Assembly: GCF_009914755.1 (NCBI RefSeq)
Contig: NC_060927.1
Length of the DNA: 64,000 nucleotides
Source of the DNA: the human T2T-CHM13v2.0 reference genome, Homo sapiens
Reading direction: 5' to 3' (one strand)
Under the pieces are notes generated by a model that was not told where the DNA came from, did no database searches, and saw only the letters and a list, made by a program, of their open reading frames with translations. Shown piece after piece: positions 1-19,965 of the stretch. The position numbers and the translations under genes are program-made. Each line of letters begins with the position of its first letter. Within the stretch, counting starts at the first letter, position 1.

Positions 1-462
1 AAATTTACATTTAAGAGCAATCAAAATTCCTTATCATTTGTATCTTACTTCTTATGTATGCCTTACAAAATTGAGGCACCATAACTTCAGAATCCTCATA
101 CAGCTTCAGAATACAACCTAAAGACATTAGCACCAATAAATGTAACTCATCCATGCTCTGTCATTCAGAACGTCGACGTTTCTGAGTACTGACTCTAAAT
201 CCATAAAAGTAGAAAAGTACAATTCTATACTCCTTTGAACGAGTATTTTCTAAATTCACTGAATAAAATTAAGTAATAAAATTCATTTAGGTTTATAAAA
301 GCATGTTTTTAAATGAAGAGTACAGAAAATGTGTGTGCATAAGTTCCTGATAACCCTTCAGTTATTTCTGCATGTATACATACCCTGTGTTGTGCCATAT
401 GGATTTTTAGTGAGAATCCATGTTAACGTTTGTGTAAAATTTAACATATATATTTGAAGTGA

Positions 463-930
<468 letters not shown>

Positions 931-1539
931 CTTCACCACAGTAACATACTGAGAGTTCACTGCCAAAAATGAGACAAAGACTCTCCTACCTAGTCTCCTG
1001 TTACTGCTGAGAAGAGGGCCATGACAGTGCCCTCAAAGGAAGGCTAGTGTCAAAGTCACAGTGCAGCACAATTCTGTGCACCAAAACAGGTGCTCCCTTT
1101 CTCTGAGGTTGCTCCAGTTGAAGTTGAAAATGAGCACAACTAGAAGGCAAGCCCCTTTACTGGTAAACTAAATAGCCAACAAAAAGCTGCAAGTGACACA
1201 ATTGCAAATGACACCAACTGCAACCAAAAATAGCATTAAAATCTAATATATCTGTCACCTTGACATCAATAACACATACATCTAAGTTTGTAAGTCATGA
1301 CAGGATCGGTGCAGTATCAGAAGCCATAGTTCCACAAATCCCATTGTGCCAAATACTATAATTATTAAAGTCAACCACTATGAGAACCCCAATATTCACC
1401 TAATGTCCAAACCCTTGGCAAAGCAATACCTTTGAAATAAGACAAAATGTAGTACTTCTGGACAACCAAAACCTCCTAAAGTTTGCACTAAATTATTTTC
1501 TAAGTATCAAGCTTGGATAGGATTCAAAATTCACCAGTT

Positions 1540-1834
1540 GGCCAGGTGCGGTGGCTCACGCCTGTAATCTCAGCACTTTGGGAGGCAGAGGCCAGTGGAT
1601 CACCTTAGGTCAGGAGTTCAAGACCAGCTTGTCCAACATGGTGAAATCCCGTCTCTACTAAAAATACAAAATTAGCCAGGTATGGTGGCACATGCCTGTA
1701 GTCCCAGCTACTCAGGAGGCTGAGACAGGAGAATCACTTGAACCCTGGAGGCAGAGGCTGCAGTAAGCCGATCGCACCACTGCACTCCAGCCTGGATGAG
1801 ACAGAGCAAGACTGTGGCTCAAAAAAAAAAAAAA
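1540..1834 (+). mobile_element. Alu (AluS-like)
   Basis: Full dimer with A tail. Confidence 0.92.
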
Positions 1835-2278
1835 TCATCACTGATTCACCACTGGTCTAAGGACCCAGTCATGAAACAGAAACAACACTTGTTAATCATA
1901 CCACTACTCTAATTCTGCCAACAAGTCTGAAAAATGAAAATAAGTGTTTACAGAAATATACAGTTACAGCTCTTTAAGAACTGACTGAAAAGCACAGGAG
2001 AAATTAACATCATTTTCCCCCTTCTTTTGACCATCCTATCCAAATCCAAAGAAATAAAGTTTTTAAAAGCTTAACCACATGCCTCGATTTTTCAATTTTT
2101 TTTTCAAAATGGTAATAAGAACATCAACAGTTCAAAAGGTTACACATGAAAATAAGTCTCTCTGACATCTGACTACATAATCTACCTACCCCAACAGCAT
2201 TGTTATCAGTCTCTTCCACAGCTTTCTAGAGTCACTCTAAGCACACACAACAAGCATATATAAATACACACATACTCA

Positions 2279-3060
<782 letters not shown>

Positions 3061-3822
3061 AAAGGAACACTTCACATCTCTCACCAGGTGTCAAAACTAG
3101 TGACCTCTGCCAGCAGGACACAAGGAAGTCCAAGGTCAAAGATGTATTCCCATGATACACCTGGGGTTTTTTTGCACAAGAACACAATACAATAACAGTC
3201 TGCACTCCTAACCCCAGTCTGTAATTTTACAAATGTATATCCGTTACTAAAGAGGACAGAGAACAGTAATTTAAAGAAAACCCATCATTTTACTAGGGGA
3301 AAAATCTTAAGCATGTATATTACATTGTTATATGAATGAGTGCCAAAGAGCACTGCTACAGCTACAAATCGTATCCTAAAATCCTTATTTTTTATAAGTT
3401 CTGCCCCATAAAAAGGTAATTGCAGAAAAAGAAAAGATAAATTCATTATCTATTCTCATTACCTTATTTCAGAAACCCAAAGTAGATGAGTCAATTGCCT
3501 TATACTGTGAGTTAATGACATATGATAGCCACTAAACAGAAATGTAGCAACATTAGTATACACTCTTCCCAATTAGCCTGTTGAAATTAAAGGAAGAGAA
3601 TAAAACATCTCTCCCTAACCCATAAACTGTGTTCTATTCACAGTTGAAGGTAACCACTAAAATATGTTATTACTATACCCCATCTGGCAAGGTGTTTGCT
3701 TATGCTCATGTCACATACTTTCCAGACTATTACTCTATGAAAGGCTGTAGATTTTTAGTACTTAAATACTCTAAAAAAAATTTCCATATAGATCCCCGTC
3801 AAAACTCATAAAATTGAAATCA

Positions 3823-4429
<607 letters not shown>

Positions 4430-4964
4430 GAATCCTAGGATCTTAATAAAGGAATTGAAGTATCGAGTATACTCATTCAAGTATTTGCACAAATAAGAGA
4501 ACTTCAGGTAACATTTCATCTGATCATCTTAATAGACATTTATAGAAGCTAAGTGATTTACTCATGTAACCATGGCTTTACAAAGAATTGGTTTAAAAAT
4601 ACTTGTTTGCTTAATATTAGACCCATGTTAAAATGCTACCCCATTCAAGCAGATGCAAACTAAGAACAAAAAACAAAAGCATCCACTCAAAAACTGAGTC
4701 ACTGAATGTCTCTTTACAATGTCCCGCTCTCCACTGTGCTGAAAAAGACACAATGAGAAGAAAAGAGAAACACAAAAGGTTATCAGGAAAAAAAGCACTT
4801 ATTGATTCCACATCCGATCTCAGACAAAATACCGAAGATATCAAATAGACTGACACCTAGTTTATTAAAAAGTTAAAAAAAAAATCCACCATTTTAAGGT
4901 AATTAAAATTTTTAAACATTTAAAAAGAAAAAAAAAAAAGCTTGAGAGTCCAGAGTACAATTTC

Positions 4965-5580
<616 letters not shown>

Positions 5581-5947
5581 TTACTCTATTAAGATACCGT
5601 AATGACCATCTCTGACCCTTGCAGCCCAGAGTTTTGTTTTTTTAAATTCTACCTCCTGAAACCTTCAATAAAGGGGAAAATAGGTGGCAAACTTCACAGT
5701 TTAAATGTTCAACAGGTATTCCTCCTCCCTCATCCCTCAAACCTATTCATTTCACATAAATCTCCTGAATCTGGGTACTCTATGTTTACCAAAATGTATT
5801 AACCTTTCAGCATGATCCTTACAGTCCACACTAATTCTGAGTTACAAATCTAAGCTCTCAGAAAGCAGAGCTTTCAATCTAACTCATTTTGTTTGATTCA
5901 AAATCATGCTGAAAAGCTTACATTCTATACATAAATATTAAAAATTT

Positions 5948-7643
<1,696 letters not shown>

Positions 7644-7899
7644 AAAACCATCCATTTTCATCTAAGAAACTAACAAATTTTTCTTCCTTTGCAACTCTGG
7701 CAGCACTAAAATTTAAATGAACAGTTAAATGTGACTATAGCACACCTAAATCTTTAAGGTCTAACTCAAAAAGAAGATGCTGCCACATTACAGTGGAACA
7801 GGGCTGTCACTGCTCCCATTTTAACACAGGCCCTCACAATCCATTTTAACATGAAAATGGTATTAAGAACTCTGCCAAATGCTGGAAGGAAAAAGGTCC

Positions 7900-8600
7900 A
7901 TCCGTTCAAGAAACATCGTAGTTGGGGCAACAAAACAATAAACAGTTATGGGATTTGTGATCTTCATTAAGTGCAATGGAATCTCAGAGAAGAAATATCC
8001 TGAGTCAGGATGGCCAGAAAAGGATTCATGGAAGAAGGGGGACTGAAACTAGGCTATAAGAAGGACAAAGGGAACAACAGCATGCACAAAAGCAAAGTAG
8101 TGAGTATGGCAAAAACTACCGTATTTGAGAGGCCGGCAAGAATCCCAACTAAGAGTGAGAAATAAAGCTGAATAGGTAGAATGGAACCTTCTTAAAAGCC
8201 AGACTGAAGCATACAAATTCAATCCAGTTGGCAAAGAGAATCCATTATGGGTTCTCCAGCAGGGGAACTGACAAGATGAAACCAGTACTTTAAATAAATT
8301 ACACTGTCAGTAGTTACAGAAGATAAAATGAATAAGAAAGGTTGCTCAGGGCAACCAAATAAAAACTTAATAATCCAGACCTACAACCATTCATTCATTG
8401 AGAAGACAGACTGCTAGGTAACAACACTGGCCTAGAATTCACACAAACTGGGCCTAAATTCCTGCTCTGTCCCCTACTACCTGAGCCTCAATTTTCTCAC
8501 TGTTAAATTCAGGCATCAGCACTCAGACTGTCACAGTACTTGTCAAAGCACCTGTATAGTCCTGATACATAGAACTTTTGACTATTAGCAAAGTGAACAC
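7900..8600. mobile_element. Degenerate L2 and MIR fragments
   Basis: MIR core-like ctgagcctcaattttctcactgttaaa; purine-rich L2-like tract. Confidence 0.5.
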
Positions 8601-8847
8601 TAGTGCTAAATTAAGTATGGTTAAAAATGGGAAGTGAACATAAGACAAGGCTCATAGAGGAACTGAACTTCTAAGGACAACTATCTAGACAGCATCTGAT
8701 AATACGGAAAAGAATACACAGATAAAAAGTGGTCAGGAAAAATAAAATAAAACCACCTACCCAAAGTAATCACTACAGCCTAAAAGGCAGACCCTAGGTT
8801 CTGCTGGACCCAAACCTTGGAAGAGTTCCCTTTGTATTTAAAGAGTT

Positions 8848-10632
<1,785 letters not shown>

Positions 10633-10834
10633 CAAGACTGCATCTTATTAAATGGTGCTAGGGAATTCAGCACAATGATATGAGTTCTATCAATTTCATT
10701 TACCCATGCAATCACTCGACCCATTTAGTACAGACGCTCAACTATAGATCATAAACTTGACTAGAAACACAAGTTTTTGGAAGGATGATCTACACGGATC
10801 AAGACTAACAAAACAGCTGGGAAAATTCCACAGA

Positions 10835-11010
10835 TTCAGTCATCTAAGACAGACCCAGGTTTGAATCCTAGTGTTCATTTAATAATTTTGTGGCCTTGAA
10901 CAAGGGAATTAACTTCTTTGCATCTCTGTTTCATCATCCACAAAAAAAGCCCAACACTATCTACCTCATAGGATTAGCCTAGGGTATAAACAGCATAGAA
11001 AGCACCTCAC
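10835..11010 (+). mobile_element. MIR
   Basis: gacagacccaggtttgaatcc...ccttgaacaag...catctctgtttcatcatc. Confidence 0.7.
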
Positions 11011-12487
11011 ACCTCCTAGAGCATAGCCCGGAGCACCTAGTCCCTCTCCTCTGGCTCTATGGTTACAGGGCAATTAATTGCACTCTTACCGAATCCAATC
11101 CCAGAGGGGTAAACAGCCAAATCTCTCCAGCATCAGCGCTCTCAGAGTCTTTTCTTTTTAACTTCAAGTTTCTATTGGTGGCAGAGCAGGAGATACCACC
11201 TTCGTGGTACCTAAACTGAACGATACTCAACAATTCTTTACTACACAGCTCTAGGGTCCTAGCCCTCCTCTACTACCAGAATGTCTGAGCATAAAGTATA
11301 AATGTCTCGTGTTAGCTGCTTTCCTTTTTTGCATTTCAGTGACTTATACTGTAAATGTTATTTGTGAAATGAGTCCAATTCACATGCACTAGAAAAATAC
11401 AAGTTCTAGTGAATACCAATGTTTCTGCCATGCCTCTCCCCTGACTTCCTACCATTCACATTCTTCTTTATTCTTTTTATATAAATGACACCAAAAATTG
11501 AACAAACCCAACAAATTATTTCAACCAACTTCATCAAAATGTGTCAAGTCAGGAATTCTTTATAATAGTACTGCTACAAGTTGTACTAGGGAGATTCCTT
11601 TGTCAGCTACTCGTCTGACAAGGTTGTATATATACTGCACTGATAGATTTAATCAACAAGTTGATGTTCAAAAGGTCTATTAATACATTTCCTTTTATCA
11701 GTACCCCTTATATTTATATTACCTTCTGTTAGCTTGAAAGGCTCCTAGAACACAGGAAGCAGTTACCTCTAGTTCTTTCGGGAGACTGGTGTCATGGTAA
11801 TCATGCAAAACCTTTAATTAGGTGTCGAGAATACAAATATCAAAAAGATTCTTAGACATACGTATTAAAATGCTTAACACTTCTTTGAAGCAACCAATGC
11901 AAAAATATCATCTCTGCAAGGGGTCACTCCATTTACCACCAGTGTCTCCCACATTAATACCCAAAGCTGGTATACGTTAAAAGAAAAATGTCTTATAAAC
12001 TGACGGTGAGCTTTGCAACAATTTTTATGCCATTAACATGTCACTTTATTAAGTTCCTTAGCAATAAGAAAAACTTTTCCCAGGCACGTAGTTTTCGTCC
12101 CCCATACAGTTTAGTATTTTGTCCTGTAGGTCGGATTCTAACAACTCAAGCGTCAAAAAAAATAGTAGTTATTTATGAATTTAATGATTGCGATTACATA
12201 CATCTCAGTGCAGGATAGGGTTGAAAAAAAAAATCATATTCCAAACAAGAAAACCTGGATTTAAGAGCAAGAAGCCTAATCACACATCACACGCCTAACT
12301 GCTCTCAGGCATACTTTCTTCCTGCAGCCCCTCCCCCACAGGTAAATGCTAACTATTTCTAGAACTCTCAACTATTTGGGAAGCTTGCCATCAACTCCCA
12401 TGATACCACCCAACCCACACCATGTTTTCGGGGAGACAAAGGTGCCCTACTTCCCCAGACTATAAACTATTAAAATGGTGAGAACAT

Positions 12488-12540
12488 GCCGAGATCCCGC
12501 CACTGCACTCCAGCCTGGGTGACAGAGCGAGACTCCGTCT

Positions 12541-12576
<36 letters not shown>
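12488..12576 (+). mobile_element. 5'-truncated young Alu (AluYa5-like)
   Basis: 54 bp of Alu 3' end with GAGATCCCGCC, a pure A35 run and a perfect 16-bp TSD AAAATGGTGAGAACAT. Confidence 0.9.
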
Positions 12577-12579
<3 letters not shown>

Positions 12580-14250
12580 TGAGAACATACAATCCCAGGA
12601 AGTCGGCATTACTAAAATACATCAATGTAGCATGGGTCTTATTTTAACAAAAATGAAAATGAATCACACTGGAAAACCCAAACAGTCACTCATTGTATCT
12701 TCAACGTGTAATCGAAATTATTTATTCCAAGTTATTTCAGGTAAGTAGATGAACACACCACGAGGGCCTTATTATCCAAACTGGTGAAGAAGCCTTTAGG
12801 AAAAACGGAGGGGGAAGATCACTTAATTATATGAGGTGGGGGGTAGAGAAACCATTCAGTCTTAAAATTCAAACTAAAAATAACCTGGAATTTTCACCCC
12901 CCACATTTTATTAACAAGCTTGTTTAGATCAGCATACGGTTCCTGTTTGGAAAACAAGAAAGTGAATAGTAAACTTTCCTAAGTCAACTGTAAATCACAT
13001 AGGTACTAAAACTCTTCACCCCTGGTGCCTGCACAGTCCAAGATTTCAAGTAAACTCCAGACACTGAGAACACCTAATTTTTAACTAGTTTCCAACATTT
13101 CTCATTTGTAATCACCAAATTATCTTAGAGACACTTAGATAACCTAACAAAGAGAGCATTTTTTAAAAGCCACAACCCAAATTTTACATGAAATACACCA
13201 TTTTCACAACCTAAATTTAATCCCGGTTGCCACTGCGAAGTGATGCCTGTTTCAGCAAATTAAGAACTTCCAAAAATACTGAACACGTTAACACATGCAT
13301 GGCTTCCCTCGAGCTGCCATTTAAGATTAATATTCCACTTAAATAAAAGTCTGCTTCTGTTCAAAAAATTAAATCGGTTGCAAAGAGGAAGTTACCGAGA
13401 AACCACCCTCACAACGTGGCCTTTACACTGTCAGAAAATAACGTGACTCTGTGCCACCCAAAACTTACCAGGAAGCTGGCAATAACTTTGCCAATTCTAC
13501 ACTCCTGAACCCAACTTCAAAGAGCCTCCACCAAATACCTCCTTAAGACGATAAAAAGCACTAAGTTACAAATAAACACGTCCCGGAGCAAGGCCCGGCT
13601 GCCGCGCGCCCCTCCCCCGGCCGGCGCCCCCGCCCCGGACGCGCGGCCCCAACAGCCGCCCGCAGCCCCCAGCACGCCGGCCGGGGTCGCCGCGCCCGGG
13701 CCGGGGACGCGCCCGGGGAGGGGAGATTTCCATTGCCGCCCGAGGTTTCACAAAATAGCATGCACCGAAAAGCTCCTTCTCCTCTGCTAAAAATAGGCTA
13801 TAAAGGAGTCGGCCTCATGATGGCTCCTTGATTCAATTTGCTGCAAATCCTTTCCTGAAAGCCTCCCCCCCTCAAACACACACGCACAAAAAGGGGGTGT
13901 AAATGCACGAAGGGAGGAAGAGGGGGAGAAGGCCGAGGTGCACATTTTCGGGGACAACATAATTAGGGTGAGGATCCCCCGAGACCGGGAAAGGGTAGGG
14001 GGGTGGGCAGGCACGTGAGCATTTCAAAGAAACCTGAGAGAGGAAAACGGGGGGATGGGGGCGCCCCAAGTGCCCTCCCTGCCTTCCCTTCCCCCACGCA
14101 AGCCCAGTTCCCCCAAGGGCCAAGTTGAAAAATGCATGTTCCACTCGCGCCCATCCCCCCGCGGCCCAGCGCCCCCGGCCGCCTCTGGCCCGCGCCCCCC
14201 GCCCAGGCCCCCGGCCGCCCCCACTCCAGGGTCCGGCCCCCAGCGCTTAC

Positions 14251-14620
14251 CTGGAAACGGTGGCCTCCAACGCCGCTCCCCCCTCCCGGGAATGGAGGCA
14301 CAAGGAAATTCCCCTCCTCGCCGCCGCCGCCACCGCCTCCAACCACCCCCAAAATAACCCCTCCGGGGGGTGAGAGGCAATTATAACCCCAGCGAGCGGA
14401 GGGCGCGGGGGATGGGCGCCGGGCGGGCGGGGGCGGGGAGCGCGGCGCGGGTCCCCAGGTGGCGAGCGGAGGTGCTCCCGCCGCGGGGGGAGGGGCGGGG
14501 GCGCACGCGGCCGGCGGCGGGGGGAGGCGGCGCGCGGGGGAAGGGCGCGAGCGGGGAGAGGAATTGAGGCAGAAGGTAAAAGCTGTTACTAAGGGAAAGA
14601 GCCAAACGGTTCGGAGCAGC
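14251..14620 (-). other. TBL1XR1: Non-coding first exon (5' UTR), probably TBL1XR1 (NCoR/SMRT-HDAC3 corepressor subunit); 5' boundary approximate
   Basis: Minus strand reads ...GGAGGGGAATTTCCTTGTGCCTCCATTCCCGGGAGGGGGGAGCGGCGTTGGAGGCCACCGTTTCCAG|GTAAGC, a consensus donor inside the CpG island. Gene identity is from my recollection of the 5' UTR and needs BLAT confirmation. Confidence 0.7.
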
Positions 14621-14694
14621 CAACGGCTCAGACACTCAACACTGGGGAGAGAGGAATGGGGACCAGCCAGGCACAAATGAGCTCGCGAGGCCCG

Positions 14695-14715
14695 CGGCGG
14701 CGGCGGCGGCGGCGG
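14695..14715. repeat. (CGG)7 trinucleotide repeat in the promoter
   Basis: Seven uninterrupted CGG units read directly. Confidence 0.9.
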
Positions 14716-15994
14716 CCGCGCAGCAAAACAAACCCGAGCGGCCTGCGCCGGGCGGGCGGGCGAGCGGGCGGGCGGGCGCGCGGGGGAGGGGCCGGCGGGG
14801 GAGGGGCGCCGCGGACGCCGGGAGGCGGCGGCGGCGCGGCGGGGGGGCTCCAGCGGCCGCGCTCCTCTCCTTCCCGGCCCGCTCTGGCGGCACTGGGGGC
14901 TGGGCTGTGCGGCGCATTCTTTTAAAAATCAGGCGAGCCCCGCGGGCACTCGAAGGCGCCTCGGGGCCCCGGGCCGCCCGCCCCGCCCCCACCGCCGCGG
15001 GCCGGCCTGGGTGTGCTCGGGTGTGGGCCGCTGGGCCCGAGACGGGTGGGGGCGGGGAGGCCCGCGCGGTGGCCGGGGTGGAGCCGCCGGCGAAGTTTCC
15101 CCAAGGACGCCGCGGGCTCCCGCGTGTCCGGGGGGCGGCCCGGCGGCGTTGGGGGCTGGGCGCACACGCGGCGGGCATGTGGGGGAGTGCGGCGCGGCAT
15201 CATATGGACATTTGTTTGTGAAAATCTCTGTGAACACCTTTGTGTGCGTAAATACATATGGTTCTCCGAAGCGTACCTGGAAAGGTGCTTTATCTGTAAT
15301 AAGCGACTTTCAAAATGTGATCCAGAGCACGGGATCTGGAGAGAAAACACGCACACAAGAAAAGGTTTTTGATACTAAACACAAAGCTGTAATTGAAGTA
15401 TTTATGCCCAAATGTACTGTGAATCAAGCATATGGTGGTATTTATCATCTGGTGGGTCTGTTTGAAAGGTTTGCTCGATCAGTTCTTATTTCACAAAAAT
15501 AAAATAATGTAACTAAATGTTTACTAAATATATACCTGCACAGTGGCATCCACAGTAGAAGTTTATCCACTTTGTGTACTTTTTGCATGTGTGAAGCACA
15601 GCAAGGCGGTTTATAAAGTATAACTTAGATGAGTGATAATGTGGCAGTATGGTTGAGGGAGGGTTGTTTTTAAAGAAGGGAGGCACCTCACAGGTTTTAA
15701 AGCAAATGGGGTGGTAATCTTTCTAAGACTTTCAGAAAGATGGGGTAGGGTGCTTTTTAGAGCTTTGTATAAGCTCAGGACTGGAGAAGCAGCCACCCTT
15801 TTACATTAAGATACGACTTGAAACCTTTTTGTTATTTCGCTTATTACTGCCTTCAAAGCAAAATAATGTTTGCAGCTTTCTTAAAGGTGAAGGGTTCTGT
15901 TTTCCTACTTTCATCAGAATATTTGAAAATAGATGTAGTGATCACTTTAAAGCAACCATCATTTCCTCTCAATATCAGAAACCTGAAGTTTTGC

Positions 15995-15995
<1 letters not shown>

Positions 15996-16025
<30 letters not shown>
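15996..16025. repeat. (AC)15 microsatellite
   Basis: Read directly. Confidence 0.95.
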
Positions 16026-16027
<2 letters not shown>

Positions 16028-16975
16028 CTCGTAACTTGCACCAGTCTGGACTCCTGGTGGCCTAATAAGTTCAGTAATTAGACAGGTGCTTTCTTGGCCA
16101 AGGTCAATGTCTCTTTCCCCCCTGAGCCCTTGCTTGGGGGAGCTGCCAGAGGCCTTTCCTGAATGACCTAGTGGGGCAGGGAGCAGGAAAACCATCAGAG
16201 GAAAGGGAGTGGGATTGGAAACTCCCTTCCAACCACCAGAGAGTTCAAAGCATATTAGTGGTGTGTCCTTAGAGCTATTTTCATGTATGAAAGTGGGAAT
16301 GTTGGATTAAACAATGTCACCCGATGGGAATTTAGATAACTGCAGGTTTCCAAAACACTATGCAGAGTGTACAGGGAAACCGCACAAAGCAAGTTTTGCA
16401 TTTCAATAGGATTCTAAAGCTGAGGCTTGTTTACCTCAGAACTAACACCTTTCAGAAGACTTTATTTCAGAATTGAAAAGAGTATATAGTATCTTCCTTT
16501 TTTTTTTTTGAGTTGATAAATGACGTAGATATCACTAAACATACCCTGTCTTCAGTAAGTAAACTATCTCGGTGGAGCCACTCAATGAAACATATCTATT
16601 GGCTTAGATTATTTTTTAAGTTTCATATTGTGCCACCACGGGCGGGTCTTCTCCATACAGCAGTGACTGTAAAATCAAACCCCACTTTCAGTGAGTGAGG
16701 ACTTCTCAACCATACCATTCTTAAAGCGTCATATTCAAAGCTGCCCACCCCACCCCTTCTCCTTCCCCTAAATGACTTCTATCCCTTATTCCACAAGGGA
16801 GGAGACACCCTCCTTCAGGTTCATAGGATCAGGTCTTCCAGCCTGAAGTTCTTATACCCTACACCAAGCTGCCTCCTAAAGTTGTTCAGTGTTAGTTGAG
16901 CCTCCTCACAATGATAATAATCCATGCATTTGTTTATATCCCTGTAGTTTACAAGACATTTCTGTGCGTAAATGA

Positions 16976-18569
<1,594 letters not shown>

Positions 18570-19499
18570 TTATTTCAGTAATATTTTTCCGAGAGGAGTG
18601 TGGCATGGCAAGATAGCCTACACATTTGCAACTTGCATCGCTAAAGACATGGAACATTTTAAATTGAAACTGCTTCAATCCCAGGACTACAGGGTCTCAT
18701 TACTATATATATTTTTAAATCATCATGATGTTTTAAATTGTTTACATTAGCTCATCTACATAAAGTATTCAAAACAAACTTAATTGTATAAAAAAGACAT
18801 TTGATACCAAAAATATTCTCCTAGTGCTATAACTCATTTTATATTCTTTACTCACCCTGGAATTCAGTGGCTTTACGTCTGTAGCGTTTACCCCCAGGCG
18901 TCTTGCTGATACTCTGTGATGTTTCCGTTTCATTTTGACTTACCTTGTGCAATTCTTTGTGGTTCTTCCGAGATGAGGCACATGCCAACCACACATCTCA
19001 AGATGTCAGTACACAAGCTGCTTTTCTCCTTCAGTGCATAGCGTGTTGCTTGTGACCTTTCCTCATCAGTGTGAACCTTGTCACAGTTTTCCATGCTTCT
19101 ATGACCCAATTTCATTACAACAATAAACTTTACTTGAGAGTCTTCATTTAAATTGCAAAAGAAACATACAACTATCTTACAAGTATTTATGCCTCTCAGA
19201 TAATGAAAATAGCAGGTTGTATCCTGCGATTGTGATTCAGTCAAAACAGAAAACCAACCACACACACAGCATGTTGCTGTACAATCACTTACTTATACTG
19301 ACCAGCCACATACTTTCTCAGGGAAGCACTCAAGGCCTAGTATTATATTGATGGTTTTGCTATTCATTCAATGTTTATTGAATGTTTAGTGTGCCAGGCA
19401 CTGTCTCAGTAAACCAAAAACAGCCCCTACTCTTCACAGGGCTTACATCCCACGTTGGGTGAGGGTTGGGAGTACACACAGACTTTCAAAAAATATGTC

Positions 19500-19850
19500 T
19501 GTATTAGGCTATTGTTTGACCACTGTTAAAAAAAAAAAAAAGGAATATAAAAATGGCTTAAACAAGATGAAAGCGTATTATCTTATGTGACTGTCATTCT
19601 GGAGTAAGATGTCAAAGACCTAGATTGTTCTATCTCAACATATATCTTCCATCCACTGGTCTAAAATGGTTTTTCTTGCTCCTGCCATCATTTTCAAATT
19701 CCAGCCATTGGAAAAGAAAACAGAAGAAATAGAGGGCTAGGCCTTTCCTTTCAGGACACATCCTGGCAGTTGCATTTATCACTTCCTCTAATATTCCATT
19801 AGCCAGTGCTTGGTCTTATGACCACACCTAGCTTCTAGGAAGGCAGGTAA
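19500..19850. mobile_element. Old MaLR LTR relic (MLT1-like)
   Basis: aatggcttaaacaag...tattccattagccag...gaccacacctagc motifs. Confidence 0.55.
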
Positions 19851-19965
19851 AAGACCACCAAGCTTAAATAAAATAAAGTGGGATAATGGATATATATGTT
19901 ATTTTATTGTATTGTGTTTTAGGCAGAGTCTTTTTCTGTCACCCAGACTCTAGTGCAGTGGTATT

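Larger units (their letters stand above)
13590..15200. promoter_or_regulatory. CpG island promoter
   Basis: Very GC- and CpG-rich non-repeat sequence with many GGGCGG/CCGCCC boxes and G-runs; sharp AT-rich flanks. Confidence 0.95.

Noticed and set aside
13561-15502. Long overlapping Pro/Gly/Arg/Ala-rich ORFs up to 237 aa
   Set aside because: Expected from stop-codon depletion in a CpG island; open in many frames on both strands with no recognisable domain.
18930-19265. 111-aa minus-strand ORF near the upstream donor
   Set aside because: Non-ATG start and no recognisable similarity; only the donor motif was kept.
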